From: Yuukianura sp. NJ FZ-2021
Taxonomy: Eukaryota
Length of the DNA stretch: 64,000 nt
Assembly: GCA_046563655.1 (NCBI GenBank)
Contig: CM102287.1
Location: forward strand, 8,866,001-8,930,000
Reading direction: 5' to 3'
In this document: positions 39,268 to 50,219 of the stretch, piece after piece
Layout: the number at the start of each line of letters is the position of its first letter
Numbering within the stretch: the stretch's first letter is position 1
Position numbers and translations under genes: made by a program
Notes under the pieces: model-generated
Told to the model about the DNA's origin: nothing
Databases searched by the model: none
The model's input: the letters and a program-made list of their open reading frames with translations, nothing else

Positions 39268-42161
39268 TTATAAACGAATTTTGCCAGACAAGATGTTTTC
39301 AAGTATTTCGTTATTGAGCAGTTCGTAGTTGCCGCTCTTGGCTAAATAGAAAATGGGGTCAGAGGTCTTCCGGATGTCAAATCCGTCACGCTGGAGGTCA
39401 ATTTTTTTGATTTTGTATGTTCCTGAAACAACATAAAAAAAATCTTTCACTAATTTTGAAAACTGAAACCATGAAACTCAAAAATAGGCTTCGCGGGAAA
39501 ATAATTATGAATTTTTAGAGAAATCGTGAGTTTGTTAACCTGTGAGGTCAATGTCCTTCAACAACCGAATGAAAACTGGACGTGCATAAGCAGGTAAGTG
39601 GTTTTTGAGGTCACTGGCCAAGGTCACGAGGTCAACTGATTTTTCGGGGTCAACAATACTGGCCATTCCTGCTCTCCCATCGGCTCCTGGAATTTCAACA
39701 CCATAGACCGCTACTGGTCGTGTTCCGACTGTTGAGCGACTCATGGCCCCCTCAACTTCAGCAGTCGCCACGTTCTCACCTTTCCAGCGAAAAGTGTCTC
39801 CCTGCAATTCAAATTCAAAAATGGCGCTACAATTCAAATAACTTCAAAAATTGAAGTTTTGGCGCCAAAAGTTGTCGCTTCAAACCTGTCTGTCTTTGAA
39901 GTAAAAATAGCCGAGTTCATCTACTACCAAGATGTCGCCAGATCGAAATGCTGTGTCTCCTTTTGAGCAAATGTCGCGCACAATTTTCTTCTTTTGTGAC
40001 TCCTCATCTGTATACCTAAAAAAGAGTTAAAATCAAAATTTTATCTTGAATTTTCTTTTCAAATTTTGAAAAATTGTCACTTGCCCTTGAAAATCTTTAA
40101 TTGGATTGCCCACTTTGATGACTCCGACTAATTCTCCTGGTTCGCCAACGCCTGCTCGAATGGCAAGTCCAGTATTTGGATTCCTCAGAATTTCTCCAGT
40201 TTCGTCATGAACTTTGACCAGAATGACTGGATAAATGTCAAGAGCCAACGCCCATCGTGGCACGAATCCTACAGCTCCCACTTGGTTGTCTGTATTGGCT
40301 ACATCAATACAAAAAAAAAGCTAAGTTAACCTAACATTTAAAAACGTAACTAATCATAACATAACGTTATGAGCTTACACAAACTGCAGTTCCCTTCAGT
40401 TGACCCGTAGAACTCTCTTACTTCCGGGATGTTAAACCGTGTCAAAAATTCTGTCCAGATTTCCGGACGAAGTCCGTTTCCAATCATGATGCGAACTTTG
40501 TGCTGCTTGTCTTCCGGTTTCGGCGGTTGCGCAATGAGGTACCGACAAATTTCACCAATATATTGAATAACCTGTAAAAATAATTAAACGTATTAATTAT
40601 ATTGAATATTATAATTAACACTATTGAAAGTGAATACTTACTGTGACGTTGTACCGGATGCAGTCCTTCCAGAAATTTGACGCTGAAAATTTTTTTCTGA
40701 AGGCAACTGATGATCCATGTAGCAGAGCGTGACCAATGGCGACAATGTTGCCCGCACCGTGATACAGTGGCAGCGGTGCATAAAGAATGTCAGCTTTCCG
40801 TATACGGTGCAGCCGTCGACTTCCGAGCGATATCATCAGGTATCTGCAACCAAAAAAAGGTTCTATGTAATATGGTCAAAAACAATTTGGTCAAAAAGTG
40901 AAAAAGTCAAAACGTGAGAGTTTCAAACATAAGGAATCCTAGCCTTAACCAAGCATAACCTACGATTTGTAACAGTTGATATTTTCACTTTTTCATCTTT
41001 TTACTTTTTGATCAAATTATTTTGACCATTTGACCTTCCACGTGGGTCGTTAAAAAAGTATCGTTAGCGCAACATAACCTAAATATAACTTAGTTAATAG
41101 GCTATGTTCTTGATGTGCTCATATAAATTGCACAAAAGCGTCATATCACGACTTACGTCGAAAAATGACGAAATGACGCAGTTCTTTAACAGATATAACT
41201 TTTAGTATATACCTCGAATGTTTCATAACGGCGGCCTTTGGGAGTCCGGTTGTTCCGGATGTGTAGATGTAGAAGAGTTTGTCATGAAAGCTAATCTCTG
41301 GTTGAACTTTGACATCGTCGGTGCTCATTTCTTCCAGACCTTTGGACAGATTCACTGCATTTGAGTTATCGTCACTGTCACGGTGTCCAAATTTGTACAA
41401 GCGCAGTTTATCACCAGCTTGAATTTCTTGTACACCTATAAGAATTAGGACACAAAATTTTGATCCGAAATTGAATTTTCGAAATCGATTTAAAAAAAAT
41501 ACCATTTTCTAGATCGGGGTCAAAAATGAGGCCTTTGCAGTCAGCAACTTTGATCGAGTGCTCCAAGCTCTTCAGTCTCAAATTTGTGTTGATTAGGGCC
41601 GGAACTAAGCCAATCTGTTTAAAATGATTCAATAATATAATATAATTAATATAAATAATATAATACACAATATAACAAAATATGCGCCAACCTTTGCTAG
41701 TCCCAGCCACATTCCAACGTACTCTGGTCTGTTCTCCATAAAAATTCCAATTGCATCTCCACGTTCAAAATTTTGAGTAAGAAAATAATTTGCAACGCGA
41801 TTTGCAAATTTTTGCAAATCTCGGAACGTCCATTTCTCATCTTCGAAATAACAGCAAATTTTGTTTGGAAATTTGTTTGCCGTTGCGTCAAAAATTTTGT
41901 TCACAGTCAAATTTTTTCTTCTTGCTCTTCTCAATGCAAGTTCCACTCTAACAAATCCCCAAGCTCCTCTACAAAATTTTTAAGTTTTTGAAAATGACAT
42001 TTTTGATTTTTCACAATATTCAAAAACTCTTAAAAGTTTTCCAAAACTTACGTGAAATCCCTCTTAAAAGTTTTCATACAAATCCAAAAGAAGTGTCGCT
42101 TCCAGAGAATGAGGGCGGCAATGAGCAGCCCTAAAATTAAACAAATTATGAGAAATAACAT
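39268..42161 (-). CDS. Fatp: Long-chain fatty acid transport protein (FATP1/4, SLC27A family), ~10 exons
   Basis: N-terminal TM; AMP-binding [30 protein letters not shown]...[19 protein letters not shown]-terminal GKIRL. Confidence 0.95.
40872..41030. mobile_element. Small inverted-repeat (MITE-like) element in a FATP intron
   Basis: ATGGTCAAAAACAATTTGGTCAAAAAGT is inverted against ACTTTTTGATCAAATTATTTTGACCAT. Confidence 0.45.
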
Positions 42162-43512
42162 TACAACTTTTTAGAACTTGGAATTGTTTCTACGAGTGGA
42201 CTAAATTTTTTGTGACAAAAGGAAATACAGTAGGAAATTTTGATAATACGACCACAATGCGTCCACTTGCTTATGCAAACGACTGTTGAGAAACTGTGGA
42301 GTTTGAGACGGTTACATGAGTCTAAAACGCACATTGGACCAGTGGAGGTCAAAGGTCAACTAATCTTTCCAGCGACCTTGCTGAGTCAAATCAACTTCAG
42401 AAAAGGAGAAGTCAGTGACGCTAGTTAAAGAGAATTTAAATTTCATTCGGCCTTTCTTTTGCTTTAAAAATGACACAATCCCGGTCTAGCTTGAGATAAG
42501 TCTATCAATGAATACTTTCCAAGAATGAACAAATCCAAATAGAAACTTCTGTCGCAAGAACTCTGTCACGAGACACCCGGAAATTGTTGCCATCGGTGGT
42601 AACATTTTGTTGCCAGTGGCAACTTGTGACAACCTGCACGAATAGTGGGATCAAGTTTTGGTGGGTTTCATTGGGGCGTTCATGTGAAATTCAAAAACCG
42701 AAGCATTTGAAGTTGAGATGCACGAATTTTCAGACATTTCAAATTCAAGTTCGGAGATTCCTGTATTAAAAAGACGGCATAAAAGGTCTCTGGTGTAAAA
42801 ACTTTTTAAAACGGCTTGAAAATTTTCCTTGTTTCTTGTAGTAGCGTTTTTGTTAAATTCCCAGAACATGAAAAACTTGTTACGTCCCAAGCGGTGGTTG
42901 GTGGAAGACGTGGACAAGGTCTCCCTTGGTTTCAGATGAATTTTTAATTCAAAAGAGCCCGCTTTTGCTCGTGGGGTTGTGGGCCAAAACACTTTTAAAT
43001 CATTCATTTGCCAATCAGGTGAACCAATATGGTCGAAACAATCAACACAACATGGGCCTTCCACAAAAACCGACGACGACATTCGGCGAAAAATGGAAAT
43101 TTCAGTAATTCAAACCTTCTTCTACTAAAAAGTTCTTTTTGGAAAAGTAAATTCTAACTTTACCACCTTCACTTTCAAACGCTGCCATCCATCCGTCGCT
43201 CAATAGTTGAAAATTATTCAACTATTTTTCAAAACCTACCATTGTCTAAACCTCTCTTCAAAAAAAAAGTTTAGTTTTCTTCTGGTAGCCACCAGAAAAG
43301 CATCTCTTTGCAAAATTCACAAGCTTCCACCAAACGCTAAAAAAATATTTTCAAAATTTCAAAAATCGCACTTGCATCAACTTTTATTTCCTCTTGGTTT
43401 CAGAACCAAATGGATCAAATATTTTTGCAATTCACGTTTTTCAAAAAGTAGACTGACTTCAAGTGACCTGTGACTTTGTAACTCGTGACCTTTGACCTCC
43501 AGAGAATAAATA

Positions 43513-45924
43513 ATGAGTTGGATAGGGCGGAAACTGGGTGACTTATTGTATGGAACTGTCATCAAGAGGATTTGGAAAAAAATTATTCTGATTTGCATCT
43601 ATGCTACGGCAGTAGTCTATGCCTATCACTCTCTACCAGCATTTTCTGGACTTCAGTTAAAATTAAATTTAGTTGAAATTTTGGGAGTCGTCACTGGACT
43701 TTTACTTGTTTTTCGTACTCAAATTGCCTACGACAGGTTAGTACTTGCTTTTTTGAAAATGACAATTAAGTGGGCGGATTTAGTCATGTTTTAACCAAGG
43801 TGGATAAACAATGGAACACTTTTTCTTTAACAGGTTAGGCAGTAACTTGAGTTTTAAGTTTTATTTTTGTTTTTGTTTTTTGCAAAAAATTTTGCTATAT
43901 GAGCGGGAAAAAATCATTTTTTACATTTGAGATCGTTTTTACATTCGATGCAAAAATTCAATGTCAAATTAGGTTAGGTTTTTCTTTTTCAATTTCAATT
44001 TCTCGCTTTCGATATCCAATTTTTTACATTCGATGTCAATTTTTTTCACTGTTCTTGAAATCAAATTTCCGCAAAAGTTTTGCAAACAACGGAAATTCTT
44101 CTCATGTATTACGACACCCTAATCCAAAAAATGGATTTTTTTGTATTTCCGCATTAGAACCAAAAGAAAAATGGAAAATTTTCCATCAATATTTGACGTT
44201 CAACCTTCGTTTTTTCCAGGAAATTGGATTTTTTTTGCAGAATTTTTCAATTTTCAAAAACAAAACAAACATCTACGAAAAAAAATTCTATAGAACTTTT
44301 CGATACTTTAACAAGCAGAGTAATTAACTAATTAAGGAAAACTTGTTGCAATTATAGATTTTGGAGAAATCTTTAATTGCATATTGATCTTCATTTAAAA
44401 ATCAATCTAACAAATAATACCAATCGTGAAGACGGAGATTTGATTTTGATTTGAAGATTTTGACTTCACGGCCTCAAATTGGCAAAACTTTTTCAAAATT
44501 TTTTTTTCAAAATGTTGGTTTGTAGGTACTGGGAAGGCAGAAATCTGTGGTGCAAGATGGGCAGTGCCGTTGGGACTTTGGGTCGCTTGATTTGGCTCAG
44601 TGCAAAAGCTCGTGACTCGAAAGACGTAGTAGAGAAGCGGACGATGCTGAATCTACTGTCAGCATTTCCATTGGCCACGAAGCATTACCTTCGTGACGAG
44701 TATGCTCAAGAGTTTGAAGAAGTCAAGGAATTCCTGTCAGTATTTCCAGAAGTACTTCATAGAAGACCAACCTCAACGGAGGCTGCAACGGCTCAAGCGA
44801 TGCGGGGATTCGCCAATGGGAAGACCAAAATTACTCAGCAAGAAGAAGTGCCAACATTCGTTGCTCCGTCCAATGTTCCCTCCATTATCGTCTATTACAT
44901 GGTCAGTTCTTTTTCAAAATTTTGAAATTTCCAGTTTTCATAAATTTCGGAAAATTCTAGGGTGTATACTTGGATAGAATGGTCGAGAAGAACATGGTGG
45001 ACGCCAGCGTTATGCGAATTCTACAAGACAGTGAGTTGCTCTCCTTCCGCTTCCTGTTCAAATCAAAATTTTTCAAAAATCCAAATTCAAAATTTGAAAT
45101 TTTAGATGTGACTGAATTGGAGGACATTTTGAGCGGACTTGAGAAGATCCTTAGAACTCCAATGCCATTAGCTTACTCTCTGCATCTCGAGCACTGCTTA
45201 CACATCTACGTCATGGCCCTTCCATTTCAACTTGTCTCCATTCTAAGCTGGTCGGTCATTCCAGTTGCCGGAATTGCTTGTTTTGCCATTCTAGGAATCC
45301 TGGGCATTGGAGCGGAAATTGAAAATCCTTTTGGATATGACGACAACGACCTCGTAAGTTGTAATTTACACAAATCTATTGCGGAAAAACAAAATTTCCA
45401 AAAGCAAAACAAAACATTTACATAGTTGAGTAAATATCTGCTATCAGTGTTCCCAGTTTCGGTCACTTTTTAAAATTTTTGTCCGAAACGTCAGAAAATT
45501 CAGAAATGCCTGAAATATTCAAAAAACGCTTTCCGGCAAACGACCGAAATTCAAACGACCGAAACTGGGCAAAAAAAAACATGAATGTGTGTGGGCATAA
45601 AATTAACATTTTTTTACTTTGACGTAGCCTCTGGATGACTTTTGCCAAGGAATCATCAACGAAATTCGCCTAATTCAAAATCTACGTCAGCCCAAAGCCG
45701 AAGAATGGATCATCAATACGAAAAACTATCCATGCGGTCCTTCCTGTGGTCTCAACGCTCTTGAAATGAGTAAGAGCATGACCGTTAATCAAGTCTACGA
45801 CCTCTGTCGCCAAGAGGCTCTCAAACATACAACACGAAGTAATGAAGCCAAGGCGAGTCCGAGAGGAATTAAAATGATATCGAACGGTCGATGGGACCTC
45901 GTCCATGAAACGACACTTCCATAA
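43513..45924 (+). CDS. Bacterial/fungal-type bestrophin (UPF0187/YneE-like anion channel), 5 exons
   Basis: Spliced VVTGLLLVFRTQIAYDR|YWEGRNLW, AFPLATKHYLRDE, LEKILRTPMPLAY, GAEIENPFGYDDNDL|PLDDFC; stop TAA at 45922-45924. Confidence 0.9.
45445..45570. mobile_element. Short MITE-like insertion in the last bestrophin intron
   Basis: CCCAGTTTCGGTC ... GACCGAAACTGGG inverted repeat with internal CCGAAA repeats. Confidence 0.4.
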
Positions 45925-47108
45925 TTCAACAACAACGACAGCATTTTCTCCAGAAATCGGAAAAAGTTGGAACGAAGGAGAGAGAACACAGTAATTTTGT
46001 TATACTCAAAGAAAATGACAAAGATCCTTAACTTTACTCAAAATTTTAAGACAAAATGTAAAATCTCATTGGAAAATTTTAATTGTTGTCATAATTTACG
46101 AATTTATCCTACAGGGAGGTAAACACTTTGGGTGCTTTAGAAGAGGTGTGAATTATTTGGTTCAATAAAATACATTTGACACCGCTGTAATCAAAATCTC
46201 AATCAAACATTTTTATAGCCCAGGAGTGTCCGAATGACCTTGAAGTTTGTTCGATTTTCGTTTCTATTTCATTTCTCGGTTGGTTCTTGGAATTTTCTAA
46301 ACTGTATTGGATATGCATTGTTCAAGACTTTCTAGAACGTGCGAATGCTTCGCGACGGTGATACTTTGACCTTTACTGTCAGCCACCTTGAATTCAAAAA
46401 TCGAAACACAAAAAATTATAGTCGTAGCATGAGAATTGCTGCGAACCATGAAATTAAGTTGTAACATCCCTATAAATTTTTAACCCACTTTCCGATTTGA
46501 AAACAGAAAGCGTCTCATTTATAATCTATAGGTTAGCGCAACCCAACTATTAATTTGGTATAAAATTTTATGTTTCGATTGTCATAATAAGACAAAAATA
46601 ATTAATCGCAATTTGCAGCTGCGCATACTTTTGCATCAAGGCTAATACTCAAGTCAGTAAATTATAGTTTACAGTCATTTTTGACGAAAAAAAAATCAAC
46701 AAAAAAACAAATTTGCAATTTTGGAAAGGTTAAAAGACAAGTATTTAATGGAAAAGTGTTTTAAAAAAATGAAACGAATCGATAGTTGTTGCTTTCAATT
46801 CGATTTTTTCTTGTTGGTCAATTTTCTCTATCAAAAGAAACAAACAAAAGGCAAAGTACATAGTAAATACAAACTGCAAACAAATTCAAATTCAAACAAC
46901 AAAAATTGCAACAGCAAATACATATTCAAAAAACTCAGAGGGGCGTAACACAATTTGAACAAGAAGGAAAATAACAAAGCACACCTCACAAAAAATATTA
47001 AAAAGCGCCAAGCCCCATATTCGCAATAAAAATTGGACAACCTTTAATCAATTTTTTTTGGCTGTCGGAGTCGGAATATTACCGCAGTCACTTGTTGAAA
47101 GAATGCAA

Positions 47109-48429
47109 TCAATTTTGAGGGTGGGGTCCGGTAACCCAGTCGACAACTTCTGTATTGTACCAAACCAAGGCTCCGGAAGGTGCTGGACATCCTGCTGGAA
47201 TCAGCGCAGCCCAAATGGGAGCGATGGCTCCTTCATCTGGAGTCAAAGGTCCCTTGTGACTTGTCATGTCAGTATCAACATATCCAGGATGAACGGCATT
47301 TATCAGAATCTACACAAGAAATGAAATACACTTTGAAATAGACTTTGATGAGAAGAGTTTGAAGTATCGGTTGTAAAAGATGTTATGTTAGATGCTTACG
47401 TTTTCCCCAGGTCTCTTTTCGTTAATCACCTGTTGGAAATAGTAAATCAGAATCAGGAATTTTACTAATTGACTTTCAGTTACTCATTAAACTTTACCCG
47501 CTGCTGCAATCTGGTAAGAGCACAAACTGCTACTTTGGACACAGCGTAGGCAGAGTTAGGCCAGCCATGGGTAGTGTGTGATCCATTCTTAGCAGCCCTA
47601 AATGAGCAAATCCAATCATCAGAATTTTCAATGAAAGGCTAAAAGAATCTGACACTTACTCGACGAATTCACGAACAAGGGACACCAGTGTTGCTTCCTC
47701 CAAACTAGTAAAAAGAAAAGCATTTGGAAATTCGAAAGTATTTAACTAGTCATGTCGTTATGTAGAAACTTCTTACTTTGGATCGGAGAATCGGTCTCTT
47801 ACTTCCTGCGATGGAATTCGTGAAAGAATGCCTTCACTGCTGCTAACATTTACTACCCTTGCGTTTGCAGAAAGCAATGGAAACAGAGCGTTACAAACAT
47901 TTAGCGTTCCCGTAAAGTTCACTCGCAGAGTTACCTCTGCCTGTTCACTGAACGGCTCAGTTGCTCGTACCTATTGAGTAAATGAAATTAAAAGAATTGG
48001 TGTGTAAGATTACAGATAAACAAGATAAATGCCGTAATGCACACTCACCTTATATGCAATTGCTGCATTGTTGACAAGAATATTTAGTTTGCCATATGTT
48101 TTCTTAAGAAACTCCTCAAAAGCTTCAATGCTGCGCTCATCGTCAATATCCAGTTGGTGAAACTTTGGTTTCAATCCGATCTAGTGAATCATAAACAGCA
48201 TAACCATTTGTTGTTGTCAATCTTCTAAAGTATTAGTATTAGTAAAGTATTAGCAGTTAATTATTTTCACCTTTTCCAATTCCTTGACAGCACTCAATCC
48301 TCTGGACTCGTCTCGGGCCGCTAGAATGACATCTCCATCGAATTGGGCACAGAGGCCTTTGACAATTGCATATCCAATTCCTTTGTTACTTCCGGTAACT
48401 ACGGCTACTTTCTTCAGCGATGTCGCCAT
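47109..48429 (-). CDS. CBR1: Carbonyl reductase [NADPH] (SDR family), ~7 exons
   Basis: Manual translation gives MATSLKKVAVVTGSNKGIGYAIV, ILVNNAAI, RVVNVSS, catalytic WPNSAYAVSK and VHPGYVDTDMTSHKGPLTPDEGA. Not seen in the ORF track because the exons are short. Confidence 0.92.
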
Positions 48430-48540
48430 TCCAAAGTTAATTCAGGCTCAATAACCTTCCTATTGCAAAGTACAGAATGATCCGGATATTTATTTGCCTT
48501 CGAGCGTCAGACCAAAGTTGGCACCGCTAAAGACTATTAA

Positions 48541-48788
48541 TGGCCAGTTCTACCATTGCAGGTTAAAGTTAAACGGAGTTTAGTGCAAACTAGTTCCACC
48601 TTTAAACTCAATTAACTTAATTATGCGTCAATTAATTTTGACATGCAAGGTATCAAAATTCTTGTATTCCTCCGCCAGTTAAAGTCCGGTTAAATTTAAC
48701 CGGCCGATTTTCTCCAGTTAAATTTTTTAATCTCCGGTTAAATATTTAAACTCCGTTAAAACTTAACCTGCAATGGACGAACTGGGCA
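48541..48788. mobile_element. PIF/Harbinger (Tourist-like) MITE, copy 1
   Basis: About 40-bp imperfect TIRs (TGGCCAGTTCTACCATTGCAGGTTAA... / ...TTAACCTGCAATGGACGAACTGGGCA) flanked by TAA on both sides; second copy at 60133. Confidence 0.85.
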
Positions 48789-49509
48789 TAAAATTAATTC
48801 AAAAAAAAAGTCTGACAAAATTCCTACGTAAGACTCAATCCCAAAATACAAAAATAAAACACCTGACTGATATCACGAATTTATGAGGTCCGTGAAATAG
48901 ATCCCAGTCATCATCATCACCCGATTGAGCAGATCTGGACCCATCTTTGTGTTGAAATCGTTCGAAATAAAAGTTAACTTTTCTAAAAATTATCTTAATT
49001 AAGTTTTAATGTTAATATTATTATTATAATATTCTCTATAATATAATAACATATGTATTTCTGCTGGTACATTATATTATTATGCCTGTTTCTGTTTTTC
49101 CGTAATAAAACAAAGAACAGTTCTATCAAAAAGGCTGACGCCAAGTAAATTCTCTGCAACAAAATTTGAATTTCGCGCCAGTGACCAATCTCATGTGTTC
49201 TGCATGAAATTCATGTTAAGTATTCAGGTACTAAGGAGAACAATAGGAAATCGAAAGAAGGAATACAAAATGCCATGTACTTTATTACATTTTGTATATT
49301 GCACAAATTAGGTTCAAATGCATGTCTTAAAAACTTCGAGTCAAATTGCGTTGCTAATATTTTAGCAACGAGGTGTGAAAGTTGAATTGTTAATTGTTAA
49401 AAACCCGTCAATCTCCATGTATAAATGAAAATTCACCGCCTCCCCCCCGATACGCCAAAAGTAGTCAGCGTGGATGTAAGTTTTTACCAACATTCCTACC
49501 AACCCTATA

Positions 49510-50169
49510 CCAACATATTGCCAACATATTGCCAACATATTGCCAACATATTGCCAACATATTGCCAACATATTGCCAACATATTGCCAACATATTGCCA
49601 ACATATTGCCAACATATTGCCAACATATTGCCAACATATTGCCAACATATTGCCAACATATTGCCAACATATTGCCAACATATTGCCAACATATTGCCAA
49701 CATATTGCCAACATATTGCCAACATATTGCCAACATATTGCCAACATATTGCCAACATATTGCCAACATATTGCCAACATATTGCCAACATATTGCCAAC
49801 ATATTGCCAACATATTGCCAACATATTGCCAACATATTGCCAACATATTGCCAACATATTGCCAACATATTGCCAACATATTGCCAACATATTGCCAACA
49901 TATTGCCAACATATTGCCAACATATTGCCAACATATTGCCAACATATTGCCAACATATTGCCAACATATTGCCAACATATTGCCAACATATTGCCAACAT
50001 ATTGCCAACATATTGCCAACATATTGCCAACATATTGCCAACATATTGCCAACATATTGCCAACATATTGCCAACATATTGCCAACATATTGCCAACATA
50101 TTGCCAACATATTGCCAACATATTGCCAACATATTGCCAACATATTGCCAACATATTGCCAACATATTG
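49510..50169. repeat. Perfect minisatellite (CCAACATATTG) x60
   Basis: 660 bp of an invariant 11-bp unit, with degenerate units just upstream (~49487-49509). Confidence 0.97.
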
Positions 50170-50219
50170 CATACTACATTTGAAACACCCCGTATTAAGT
50201 ATCGGTAAAAGGTTAAAAA

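Noticed and set aside
42161..43473. ORFs between FATP and bestrophin
   Set aside because: This is a divergent promoter/UTR region, and the ORFs overlap on both strands without motifs.
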